A stretch of DNA of 64,000 nucleotides from Schmidtea polychroa (Eukaryota), in contig CM097885.1 in the NCBI GenBank assembly GCA_044892525.1, positions 20,214,001 to 20,278,000 of the forward strand, in the 5' to 3' direction. The notes beneath the pieces are model-generated. The model searched no databases, had not been told where the DNA came from, and saw only the letters and a program-made list of their open reading frames with translations. Below are positions 21,149-33,900 of this stretch, piece by piece (the stretch's first letter is position 1; each line of letters starts with the position of its first letter). Position numbers and translations under genes: made by a program.

Positions 21149-21240
21149 CATTATTATTAGTATTAGTATTGTTACCAGCAACATTATCACTCTCATTATT
21201 ATTATTACTATTATCATTATTATTATTATTATATTATTAA
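21066..21240. repeat. (ATT)n microsatellite
   Basis: Read directly. Confidence 0.9.
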
Positions 21241-21925
21241 AATAATCTTTATTTCATGAAAATAAAATTATAAAACAAATTATTGATTTTGGGATTCCCC
21301 TATCTCTAAATTTAGTTTCAATGGCCCTATCTTCCAATCAAATTACGAAAAATCACTAAAATCTATTTTTAGTAACACCCCCCCCCCTGAAAACGACATC
21401 AATATTATTAATTTAAATTATATCCATATATGTATATATGTGTGGGTGTATATGTATATGTATGTGTGTATGTATATATAGATTTAGAAAATAACAAATA
21501 CTATAATCTTCCCCCCTCAAGACCCCATGTAGAATAATTTACACAACCCCTTTAAAGTAATAAAGATAGAATAATTTATAAAAATTATGGACAAAATTAT
21601 GTTCAAATCAAATCAAAAGACAAAACCCAATGGTAAACTAAATTTATTAATTTCAATCACCAAATTTATTTACATCATTGTTTCTTTGAGTCATATTCAT
21701 ACCAACAAGTCCTTCGAGCTCAGTTGATGGACCATCCCGATGAAATACATTTCCTGGGGTTGGAAAATGGAAAACTTATATTAAAATATTTTTCGGAATT
21801 TCTTTTAGATTTCCACAATTAAATAATTCCAAATTATTTCTCACAAATATATTCGATCAAAAAGAATTTTAATATTTTATTTAATTACAACATCCTGAAT
21901 AAAAACTCAAAAAAAAAAACTCCAA

Positions 21926-22592
21926 CTACAAATCGGCATTATTTCTTTGCTTGGGCTGCTTTAGGATCATAAATGGGCATTTTTCATTTATTAATCGGAT
22001 AAAATCAGTTTTTTCTGTACAACCTTTACATTCTTCACCCCAGCTTTCTAATATTTTTTGAGATCTTTAACGCGAGCTTTGTTTAGATTAATACCAGTAA
22101 GATCAATAGGTTTGTCTGAAAAATAGTTGAATTAATATTTAAAATCTTAACTGAACATACCATATTTTAATTCACAAACTTGTGAATCCATTGCTTTTAG
22201 TTTTTCAGACTTTTTCAGCGGGCATAACCCAACTCAAAGGCTGAGACAAATGTTTTACAATATATGTAGTAGATGTTACCAATCCTCCAATATAATAACA
22301 CTAAAATTAAATTACAATTTTATATTAACCAGTTATAATAACTTACAAGACTTTATTCTTTTCCTTTACTTGTTTTGCACATTTCTTTGAATTTGTTTTC
22401 AATATTTTCGATATTTGTACTTTCATATTTATCTAGACTAGCTTTCAGGCGTCTCACAAACTTAACACAAACTGAACAATTTTTAAATATAATAAAAATA
22501 AGTGCCAAATACCTTCGCAATCATTTTCATTAACTGCAGCTGACATTACATAGTAAACATTGATTAGAAAAAAAAACTGATAAAATTTTCAT
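21926..22592 (-). pseudogene. MANF: MANF/ARMET-family gene copy, 4 exons, several frameshifts
   Basis: Exons 22592-22513, 22471-22347, 22300-22161 and 22115-21926 with GT-AG introns of 41, 46 and 45 nt. They give a signal peptide, DCEVCVKF, CYYIGG, DSQVCELKYDKPIDL, RVKDLKK..SWGEECKGCTEKTDFI and a C-terminal NADL*. Confidence 0.9.
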
Positions 22593-23397
22593 TGCAAAAT
22601 ATCACTAATTAATAATATATAATAAAAAAAATGGTTTGTTAAAAATAATTAGTTAAAACAAGTTTAAAATACTTCAAACTGACGTATAAGTTTTATTTAA
22701 AATGTAAGCAACGAGTATTGTAAAATTAATTTAATATTATTATAAATTTTGAATTAAAATTTTTTTTAAAAAAATTCTAGAAAAAATCTATTATTAATAG
22801 AAAAAAAAATTTTTAAAAATAAATAAAGTTTCAGTCAATTTGAATTTTCTAGAAGTATCTCTTAAAATTATATAGGGAATTGTTTCGTAACAGTTATTGA
22901 TGTATTTTGAATTTGTTTAACTTGAATTAAAAATATAATATTAACAAAAACGTATTGTGAGATTTTGATTGTTGATCTAACCATCTCTCTATAACTACCC
23001 GGGCTCAACAAAGGGAGTGTCATTGTAGGTCAACTAGGACAATCATAGTCACCACGAAATACGCTTAGTCAAATAATACGCGGTCATAAACAATCATGGT
23101 TCTTGTAAAGTTATTATATTTTGTTGTTGTGGTTGGTGAAATTTCTGACCCTTATTTGTATGTTCACCAATATATAAGTTTTTTTTTGATTGTTCTCTAA
23201 TTAAATTCATTATCCTCAAAAATTTCTTAAGGTATGTTTAATAAACTATGGCTATGTTTCACTTAATTTATATTCAAACATTTTAGATGTGGTATTGTAT
23301 GAACAGGTTTTAATAGATTAATGTATGATTCCTGGTGACTTATGATCGTTTGAGGATAGAAAGTTTGTATAGGCATAGTTGAGAAAGTAATTATAAT

Positions 23398-23630
23398 AAG
23401 GGACCTGCGTAAATCGGACATATATCTTCTAACGATAGTCCGTGAACCCAAAGGAGTGCTCAACAATTACAGTGCAAGTAGTGCGCTCACGTTTTGCGAG
23501 CACTCACCCTCTTGATACAGTACCAACGTTGATTACTCAACGGGTATCAAGCGGTAAGCAATGTCGTATCCTGGGTTACGCTGGTAACAGCACTAAAGAG
23601 CAAAATATTTGATCATCAGAAACCCACCAA
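23398..23630. ncRNA. Conserved structured cis-element, copy 2 (inverted relative to copy 1)
   Basis: Reverse complement aligns to 11790-12010. Confidence 0.6.
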
Positions 23631-25667
23631 TATCATAAATTGGTTGGAGTAAGTTATATAGTTAATAAGTAGGGTCAGATGGGATGTTAGATCGATGATG
23701 TCGTAAGGGATAGGAGATGAATTATGAGTGACTTTTTCCGGATATCAACTAAATTAGCATGGCTAGGCCGATATCAACGACGGTATGAACCAAGGGGGGG
23801 GGGTCTTTTGTGAAGATTTATAAGTAATCATCCTAAATATACTGCAAGTTAAATCTATATTGAAATAAGTTAGTTTATGCAGGGGGTCATTTATGAGTAT
23901 TTATAAATTATCATTTTACTACACTACAAGCTTAGGTACTCTGAGGGCTATTTATGAATATCAATGAATTATAATTCTAAAATTCGATGGCTGTACGTAT
24001 ATAAGTTAATTTACTACTATATATATGAAACCTAAGTACTTATGGAACAAGGTGAGCTATACGCTTATAAGTTTCAAATATACATATATAAGTTAGATTA
24101 TGAATATGAACATGTGTTTCGACGATTTCGTAACTTTGGGTTAGTTAGGAAAAATTATAATTTTTTGTTTTTTAAAGTTTAATATACTTATATATGCTTT
24201 AATATACTAATGGTAATGATATACTCTTTATTAATGTAACTTTGTAAAAATAATAATTATAATAATAATGATCCTGAAGATGATAGTATTATTAGGGCAC
24301 AAAAAAATCTTTAAAGATTTTATATAAGCTAAATTTCAATACATATAAAGGTAAATATAAAATTTTTACGAAATGAATCTAGTCCATAATAACACACCAT
24401 CGAACGTGAACTAGACTACATTTATGATTGAATATAATTATGAATAATATTAGTAGAGTCTATTAATGATAGATAATATTGAGCATACTGAATAATAGTT
24501 TGTGCAATTAGCCGACTACTTGAGAACTTTTGTGATAATTTGAGTCTGGAATATTTCCCGTTTAGATGTTCCTAATGATGCATTTCCTATCGAATATTTG
24601 AGTGTGCATTTTATGTATGTGATTTACCGAAAGGTCGAATTAATTAAAATTTTCCTACTTTCCCGACTCAACTGAATACGGTACGATAGGCCTTATTGGA
24701 TTATGTTTCCCGCGATTACTAGCCCAAATTTTATTTCGTCCGCATAGTCCCTGCGACTATGGCAACTACCTGGATGGATTTACCGCCCTACTCCTGGTTA
24801 GAAACCATTTGTTCGTGGCGACCTTCAGGTTAAAAAAAAATGAAATTTTGTGCATGTAGGGCCGTAGACCCGAATTTGTGCATGTGAAATAGTAGTTGGA
24901 AACAAGGCTGATCAGCGTCGCGAATAAAACCCGTCGACGACGCTGGTCACTCTTGTTACGTAATAGTAAAATGATAACAAAAAAAAAGGACAAAATTAAA
25001 AATCAATATAATGTATCATAAAATAATAATTATACAATAAATATAATCGACCATCCTTACTTTCAATACTACTTGAAGTTTCGGTAAAAATTTTTGGCAT
25101 ACAAAAATATCTGAATTGTGACGAAAATGCGTCGGTATATATACCTGTTTTGTACACGTGTATGTATTGATGGATTAAAAAAAACTCGAATTCTTTTTAT
25201 TCCAGAATTTTCTATTTTGTAATTTTAATATTTTTAATGGCAATTTTAGTGCCATAATTTTTATTTTTAAATTTTTATTTTTTAATTATTTCTTGTTATT
25301 TTTACGTCCATGATGGATTTGGAACGGTTCCAGAACATTCCATATTACTTTTAGTTTAATTTTTATTTTTAACTGATATTTTACGAATTTCTTTTTAAGA
25401 TTTTTTATTTTTAATACTAATTTATTTATTTTCTCTCCTTTTTATGGTTCTAGATGGCTTTTGTGATGGTCATCGCCATTTTTATGGAATGTTCTGGGTT
25501 TTTCTGGAATTTTTTACTATTTTTACCGTCTTTTAAGTTATTCGAGTTTGTTTCTTCTAACTCTATGTTTATTTGGTTATTTTTGAGTTCGATGTTGCAT
25601 AACTTCTTGCTTTTGGTATAATTTTATTTAATTTCTGTGTTTATGCTTTTGTTGTTTTCTCCTTTAA

Positions 25668-26145
25668 CACGTTGACTGCCACGCGTGTTTACAACAAAAT
25701 CCCCGTCAGGCCACCGGCGCCACTGTAAGATGCGTGCTCTGCTACCGCATGTCTGTTTACATTTCTTTCGGTACTCTCAGCCCGATATCTATTACGATCC
25801 TCATTTATCACGTTATTACTCTGCACGAGCAGTTGTAATCTTTGCCGTGCAAATCTCAGAAAACCCACTACTTTTTGTCCAAGCTGCCCTGGTCAACCGC
25901 AACTTTGCAGTGAATGCTTCAATATTTTACACTGTAAATAATTTTGTTAATAAACGATTTTTAAAAAAATTCAACAGTATTATTATCTCCTGTCATATAT
26001 TTATCTAAATATGTTCGGAAATCCTTTGGAAGGAGTCACCCGATGTGGCCTGATGAGAACTCTTGCTGTCACCCGAATACGGGTGACGTGGCCTGATGAG
26101 AACTTTTGCTGTCACCCGAATACGGGTGACACGGCAGTTAACGTG
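25668..26145. mobile_element. Non-autonomous piggyBac-type element, 478 bp
   Basis: TTAA on both sides; TIR CACGTTGACTGCC / GGCAGTTAACGTG; empty site visible in the paralogous terminus at ~15941-15960; 43-bp subterminal repeats. Confidence 0.9.
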
Positions 26146-27606
26146 TTAATTAATATTGTTTATTTGGTGTATTTTTAATATTTAACTACACTTTTTGCTT
26201 TTTGCATGTTGTGTACCTACGCATTTCAGCCACAATTAGAAGTTTGGGTCTAGAAATCAGTTCTAGCCCAACAGATATATGTGCAATGGTGCAACGCATT
26301 TTGGAAGCTTTTAAAGGTGAATTAAAAATTTACAATGTAAATTATAGAATTTAATCAGTGTAAAAACAGAAAAAAATAGAAATATTGTCGATATAAAATT
26401 TAAATAATTATAATTCTAATTTAAAAACAGATTTAAAAAAATTCTTAAAATTTTTGCATACGTTCACGAGCCTAGCGGCGTATTTACCTGTTCTATTCTT
26501 TGGTCAAAATTTAGAAACTAAGCCATGAAAAAAAAATATTACAGGGGCCACAATAATTGATTTTTGCCTAGGGCCTCAATTTGTTAAAATCCGCCTCTGC
26601 ACGAGCCACTAATACCTTTGGTTTATATTGTCCCTATCTTTTTTGTATTTATTAAAAAACTTGACTGTGAAACAGAAAATAATTCTTTTTTATTTTTATA
26701 TTAATAGATACACGACCTAAATTTATGAAGAAGCTGAAAGTTTTTAAAGTTTTCATTAGAAATTTTTTAAAATTTTAAGTGCATAAATTTTTAAATAAAA
26801 TTTCAATTTAAATAAAATATTGAGTTATTTAGTAATTTACCAACCGATGTTAATGTTCTAACGGATGAAAATCCTAATAAATTTAAAATAACTTTATTTG
26901 TGTCCTTCAATATAAATATATTATTACATTATTATAAACATAAAATGTTTATTAATATTAATAACTTTAATAATCTATATAATTTTATCAATAATATCAT
27001 TAGAATTAATAATGGATAATAATAATAATAATATATTATAAAATGTTTAGTTCCCAGAATATCAATTACAGCGGTTTTACTGAATCTTCAGTAATAAATA
27101 AAAAATGGAAAATACTAATGTTTTCTCATAAAGTTGTATTCAAAGAAGACTTTATGCATAATACTACGATAAGGAGACATTATAAGCAGAGAAAATGAAT
27201 TATATTATACCTCTAATAAGAAAATGTTCTTGTGGCAAAACTAATGAATAATTCATTTACAGCACAAATCAATAGTAAACTGTCCATATTATGGAAATGC
27301 GGTGAACACTCATTCTATTAAACTACTTTAAGAATTTTCAATCGCTATTAAAATGTCCTCTATAAAAGGTTTTCGTCATTTCCTTGCAAAAAATTAAAAA
27401 TTTTAGTATAAATTTTTAAGATAGTAAGGTATTAAATATAAAATTTTAAAAAAATACAAATTTAAAAACGTTTATATTCACCATAAACCAATGAAAACAA
27501 AATGAAGTTTAAAATTTATTATCCAACTAATTGTATTTCACAAAAGCTAATCAAGAGGAATAAATTTGAAAAATTTCAAAAATAAAAATCACATTAAAGC
27601 TCCGAT

Positions 27607-27947
27607 TTAAACGTTAACAGCCAATTTAATTGCATCTGTGAACTCTTTCAACAGTTGAGAAACGAGAGTAATTTGTTCCGAATTCACTTTAATATTGCAA
27701 ACAGAATCACCAATATTGTTAGGATTATATTTAACGGTAATTTCAATAAGACACGGTAACTGACTGGAACAAGAACTTCCAGCGTATCGCAAAATAATAC
27801 CAAAATCATCTCGGTTATTGGAGACTGTAGTAATATTCGATACACTATACACAGCTTGACTGATCCGTTTAATGAAATCTTTGACAGTTAGAGTAGATGA
27901 AAGAAGTGGAAAAGAATTTGTGAATTCATTCATTCCTCTTAACTTAT
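27607..27947 (-). CDS. AP3B1: AP-3 beta last exon (ear domain)
   Basis: TTTAG acceptor, then KLRGMNEF...[18 protein letters not shown]...AVNV*. Confidence 0.85.
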
Positions 27948-30900
27948 CTAAAAATAAGTAAGACAATTTTTTAACTTAGACAAGATTCTTTTTATCGAAT
28001 TTAAAATTTTTATTTCATTAACATTAATATTAAAATTTAAATTCTCATAACTTGTAAAAATATGAAATCATATGTAACTTAAAAAAAACCTTTAAATATT
28101 CATCTAAACTTTTATTGATAAAAATTAATATTTTAATATTTTCGAAATAATGCTTATTGTGATTTATATTATATGATTTATTTTAAATTAACATTTTGTT
28201 AAGCTATTAGCAATCTTTATATATGGTCAATTAATAATATCAATTAATTTCAATTAATAATACCAATTTTTAAATTTATATATAATTATAATACAAAATT
28301 ACTGCAATAGAAGTACAAAATATCGAATGACGGAGAGAAAAGGAAATATTTATTATTATTTATTTCTACCAAGTTAGTTAAATATGTCATATAGTATTTT
28401 GACGCGGCCAATTCATATTTTGCTGATCAAGTTTTCAGTGCGGCTTATGACCATAAAGCAGTGAAAGAATACAGATTAAAACATCAACTCCCCCAACAAG
28501 CCAACGTTCAAATGTATTTTAGATCAACTGGATAATGACGAATATTTATTAGCTATGGACAATTGGAAAAGGTTTACTAAACTATAACTTTCTTAAACCT
28601 CTATGCTTTGTGATTAATAAACTATTGCATGTGATATGTGTGTTATTCCGTAATTAGTTTAATTTTTACTTTAATTAAAATGTTATTTTTATTTTGGATT
28701 ATTGAAAATTTTTTTAAAGAAAGGATAGGGGTTGACAGGAAATTATTTTGCACGCAGGCGGCCTAACAGCTTGGAGCACCTCTGCATTGACTTAGGATAA
28801 ATTCATCACAATAAAATCATGTAGTTAAAACGATTAACAAGTAAAAGAAATATCCAAAGTTTATTTGTACAGATAGTGTCTTCAGAGGCGTAACTGGAGT
28901 TTCGACGCCCTTGGTTAATTTATTTTTGGCGCCCTTGACAAATTTCAGCTTTGCGACTTTTTCAATTGTATGAAAAAATAATTGAATTTCTCTTATTTTA
29001 TTTATAAAATAATTACTTAGTCTGACAGTGACAGTCATACAACGTGGATATCAAAAATGCAAAAGACAGGAACAATACAAATTTACAGTTTATTATTTAC
29101 TAAATAATAGGGAATGATAGGGAATTTAATTAATTACTTATTCATAAAAGAATTGATTAATTGATTTCAGTTACTAAAAATCTAAAATCGATAAGGTATT
29201 AATAACATTCAATTAATTAATTAAAAATCGTATGCGAAACACTACAACTTTGCAACAAGTGCAGACTGTGCAGTTTTATTGTTTTTCCCTTCCGGTTCCG
29301 GTAGACTGCAGTGTTGCCAATAAAATCATTGAAATTTGTATGATAAGAAGCTCCACAAAGACAACAAACATAATAAAAAAATATAATGATTTAAATGAAA
29401 TACATTTAAATATAATTAATTATTAGCATTTTTGTTATCAAGGATAAAAATGAAATTTATATTTAAATATTAGAGATTTAGTGGCGCCCTTGGCAACTTC
29501 CCCCAAATCCGAGCCGTTGTTACGCCACTGATTGTCTTCGTGATTTGATGTATTTGATTAGTTTCGTCATCGAGCTAGACAAGACTGATATTTGGTTGAA
29601 CAGTGAATTGATTAACTTTTGTAGACGCATTGAGAAGTATACCGGGTTAGGTGACAAGAAAATCCAGCTGATTAGGCTGATAATGAGGAACATTCCAAAG
29701 CATATGTTAGTTATGTTGGGGTTGTTAAATTTAAAATGATATAATTAAAAATGGAATATTGGAAAATTCAAAAGATAAACAAATTATCGAATTAACATTT
29801 GAAAAACGGGTCAGATCCAAATTTGATGATGGGAAAGATCATGGCGAGAACGGATTCACCAGAATATGTTCAGAAAGAGTCGAAAAACAAGAAAACGTAC
29901 AAAAACAGAAAATCGTTACTTAAGTAAAACCCAAATAAGTAAACAAAATAGGTTCTGGGAAACCATTATCATGACAACATGAGTAATGGGAAAATGGGAA
30001 AAATATTACCCAAGAGGGACGCACGGTGAAACAAATAATTATTTCTTTTGAAGATTAAAAGATAAAAAAACCGCGGAACAAAGCTTGTCAAAATGAGAGG
30101 ATCTAGTTGAAATGTCATTAATCAAGGCGGTTATTTCCACTATATAAGGGAGCTCAAATTCATAAACAATCGGCATTTTGGCTCCTGTAGGGAAGAAGAA
30201 AGCAACATTAGGCTAAAAAAGGAAAAACTAAAGATATAAGATAGAACTAGCGGAGAGGAAAATAAAAGGATCAAGTTAAGTCAAAGGAGTAAGTAAAAAA
30301 AGTGATTATTGTTGCAGAACGTGCTGAACCATTGAATAGTCAAAATAGACATTTATTGCGATATTCGAAGTTTTGTAAGTTGTAGTTTATATAAATTTGA
30401 TTACAAATATACATTGAGTATTGTCTAGCTAATTGTTTTATAGAACACGTGGAGTCAGAAACACCGACGTTAATATTTATATAATGAAAAACTCAACAGT
30501 TGAATCTGTAGATGTCTTGAGGTCAATTTGATAGAACTGAGACGCAATCTGTTTTTGCAGCGAGTTCATTAACTTCTGTAGATATTCTGTGAAATATACA
30601 GGATTCGATGACGAGAAAATCGAGTAGGTTAGCTCAATAATGATGAACATTCCAAAATTTATGTTGGTTGAATCTATTGATGTCTTGAGGTCAATTTGAT
30701 ATGTTTTCCATCCGAAACGCAATGATTGAAAAATTTATAGATTGAATTTTTGATGATCATAGAAAATAGTGATTGTTTGCTTCAGAATTTATTGTGTTAT
30801 TGAAAAAACTGTAAAAAACATGTCTCGTTTATTTAAACAAATTTTAATTGTTATTCAATTTAATAATGCATTTGTAATTTAATTAATAAATTAATATATG

Positions 30901-33900
30901 TGTTAAACTGTCTTTAGACAATGTTCTATTATAAAAAGAATTTCATTTTATGAATTCAAACTTTTTATTCATAAATTTCATAAACGTGTCAGTTACAACA
31001 ATCAGTTCCACCTAAAGATTTATTTTACTATTAAAACAGAGTGATCACTCTTAAATAGTAATGTATATTGCGCAATAATTAACACATTGTATAGTCTGAA
31101 CTGCTACACATTTTTAGTATTTGGCCTCTAATGTAATATCATTACTGTTTTCATAGCATATTTGTGTGAGAAAACATTCTAAACATTGTCGGTAATCAAA
31201 ACAAAATACTGAAATCAACTGAACTTTTATGCTATCTTGCCAAAATAGCTCTTCAATCATGAATTTAAAAATATTACACAATAATAGCAGTAAATCCTCA
31301 CACTAAATTTTATTAATTATTTTATAAATCTGTTTATCGATATATAATAAGTAAATTGAAATCAATTGAAATTAATATTAAATTTTATGATTTATTTACA
31401 AATTTTTACAATTGGAAAAGTTTGGAAGTGGTCAATTAAATTGTATTTGAACTAAATATTTATTTTCAGTTCTCAAAAAAGTTTAAATAAAAAAATGAAG
31501 ATTAAGGACACTGAAAAAAAGATTATTGGGAAAAAGATAAAATAATTTATTGATAATTTAAATACACATTAAAATAATTTACTTTGATATTGAAGGAATT
31601 CCTTTTCAGTCATGTTGATCGGTTGAAACAATTCTCCAATTGGGGATTTTATTTTCAATTCAACTTGTTTTTCTTGCTCTCTTGTCCGAGGGGTACTATC
31701 ATTATGATCTGTAACGTTACTTTCGATTAGTGTGTAGAACCCAACGGTGAGCATAACTGGTTGACTACAATCCTTAAAATCAATTGCTAAAAGAAGACCT
31801 AACGTCTTGCCAGGAAGAAGTGTATCTGATAAATAAATTTAATTTTACACAAAAATGTAATGATTAACCGATATGAGAAGAAGAATCTATATTAGAAGAT
31901 GATAACTCACGCAGAATTCTGACATTATGCAGCGTCTCACTACATATATTTGTTATTAGGAGATTGACGGAAATATATTTTGGATGGTTCATAAGTACGG
32001 ACAAGGATCTAGTAAACTGGCAGTCAATACTCACTAATCTGCTATCAAATTTAGATAACAGCGCAATCGACTTTATTGGAATATCCGTTGGAATGTAAAA
32101 CTAAAATTGTATGAACAATTTATGTTTTACAAATGTATTTATGACAACTTACATCATCATAAATAGATTTAGCCGTCGATATATTGGAATCAGCAGAAAT
32201 TATTTTATCCATAAATGATGGAGTAAGTGGCATAGATGAAATTGGGGTTGCTTTGGAAAAATTTGAACCCATTATACTATCTAGAAAATTCATAGAAAAA
32301 AATCAAATGCCCAAGATGATGAAATTAAAGGATTAGGAATGTTTACCCCCCTCCCCTAAACGGTTTGCTAAAACATACCTGATCGCATTATAAATAAAAT
32401 TGTATTTATTTATTTAAATAATTATTAATCGTTAAATAATTATTAAATAAATATTAATACAATATTAATATAGCCGCTTAAAAATGATAAATTGGTTGGA
32501 GAAAGTTATATAGGCAGAAGGATATGAAATATTATGCATGCTTTTCTATATGAAATCATACCAAATGAGCAGATATGTGTGTATTGCAGCAAGAATATGA
32601 AGATTAAAAGAAACAATAGTCATGTTGAAAAGTACGAATGGTGTTGTAGCAGGTAGCATAATTTATTCGGATGATAATTTATAAGACATAATTTATAAGA
32701 CAATTTATAAGCATAATTTATTAGACATTAGCCCACAATTATGAATACGAATATTCCACTGTTTGTCATAAATACAACTTTGTAAATCCTGAAACTTGCG
32801 TGAATACCCAGCACGTTGAATCCTATGACAATCGACTAAGGATGAAGATCAAAGCAATGAAAAGCATGACAACAAATCAACGAAATAGTTTTTCGAAGGA
32901 ATTCATTTTTAGAGAAAGAAATAAAGCAATATTTTCACTTACTTGCTAATGAAAAATAAAAAATAAATTTATTTCTTCTTCATTTAATTTAAATAAAAAT
33001 AATCCTGTATTTTATTCGGGTGTGAAACATAGATGATCCAAATTAAATCTGGATAATTAACAACAATAATTCCCCAGTATTGAAATGAAACAATATAAAA
33101 ACAATTGTTTAAAACATGCCTGTTCAACCCAAACAGCTCAGGGAATAACTCATTAAGGCTTTTACTGGAGTTCCACAAAAACACGATAACATGGAAAAGA
33201 AGCCGAGTTTTGTTATTTTTTAAAAGCTCAGTAAATTTTAAGATGCGCATAAACTTCTCTATAACTATGCACCATTATTGTCTTATACTTTTTTCATCAT
33301 CTAAACTAATTCGGCCTTATATTTATTAGAAGAGGGTTTCTATTCTCACTCATAAATTCAGCAGTTTCTTAGTCATTTCTTCGTCCAATAACCATTGAGA
33401 ACATTGATATTAAAAGTGTGTTGATATGCGATCATATAAAGAGAGAAATGATCTAAATAAAAAGACAAAATATATAGATTAAATGATTTTAAGGTTTCGT
33501 ATGTTAAAAGTTAAATGTCTACACGGTAAATTTTATTAATTTATAAAAGTTACATCTACGTTATTTAATATATATGAAAGGAAAGTATATTAAAATAATT
33601 ACCACCAATAGGTTCATCAAAATCCAATAATAAATCTATTTCCGGTACTTTCGACTTTTGAGGCTTAGACTCAGCTGGTTTTGTAGGTGCTTTCTAAATA
33701 ATTAATTTATCCTTAAATGATTTTAATTGGAAACATAGTACGATATCAAGGTAATTATGGAAAAGTTTCTGTAAAGCATACAGTAATACCCCGCACTTAC
33801 GTACACTTTGGGACCGGAGCGTGTACGTAAAACAAAAATGTACGTAAAATGAATCTATTGCTTTTATTGATGAATATGTTTGAAATAAACTAAAACAATA

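Larger units (their letters stand above)
17982..26273 (+). mobile_element. 8.3-kb unit bounded by inverted copies of the element terminus, carrying a MANF pseudogene
   Basis: Starts TGTTGGGCTAGAACTGATTTCT and ends AGAAATCAGTTCTAGCCCAACA; flanks AATAT / GATAT (5 bp, 1 mismatch); imperfect inverted homology over >1.2 kb. Could instead be two nested LTR fragments. Confidence 0.6.

Noticed and set aside
13687..21245. Poly-Ile/Tyr/Asn ORFs here, at 50181-50516 and at 59958-60155
   Set aside because: Translations of (AAT)n microsatellites.
26046..26130. Two CTGATGAG motifs with hairpins, resembling hammerheads
   Set aside because: No stem II followed by GAAA; they are subterminal 43-bp repeats of the piggyBac-type element.
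29545..30722. Two diverged ~160-bp paralogous segments around an LTR-like stretch with a TATA box
   Set aside because: No TG..CA ends with TSD, and the peptides are not identifiable by eye.
33090..33452. Possible extra AP-3 beta exon after TTTAG
   Set aside because: All frames stop within ~30 codons, and the flanking exons already join in phase.
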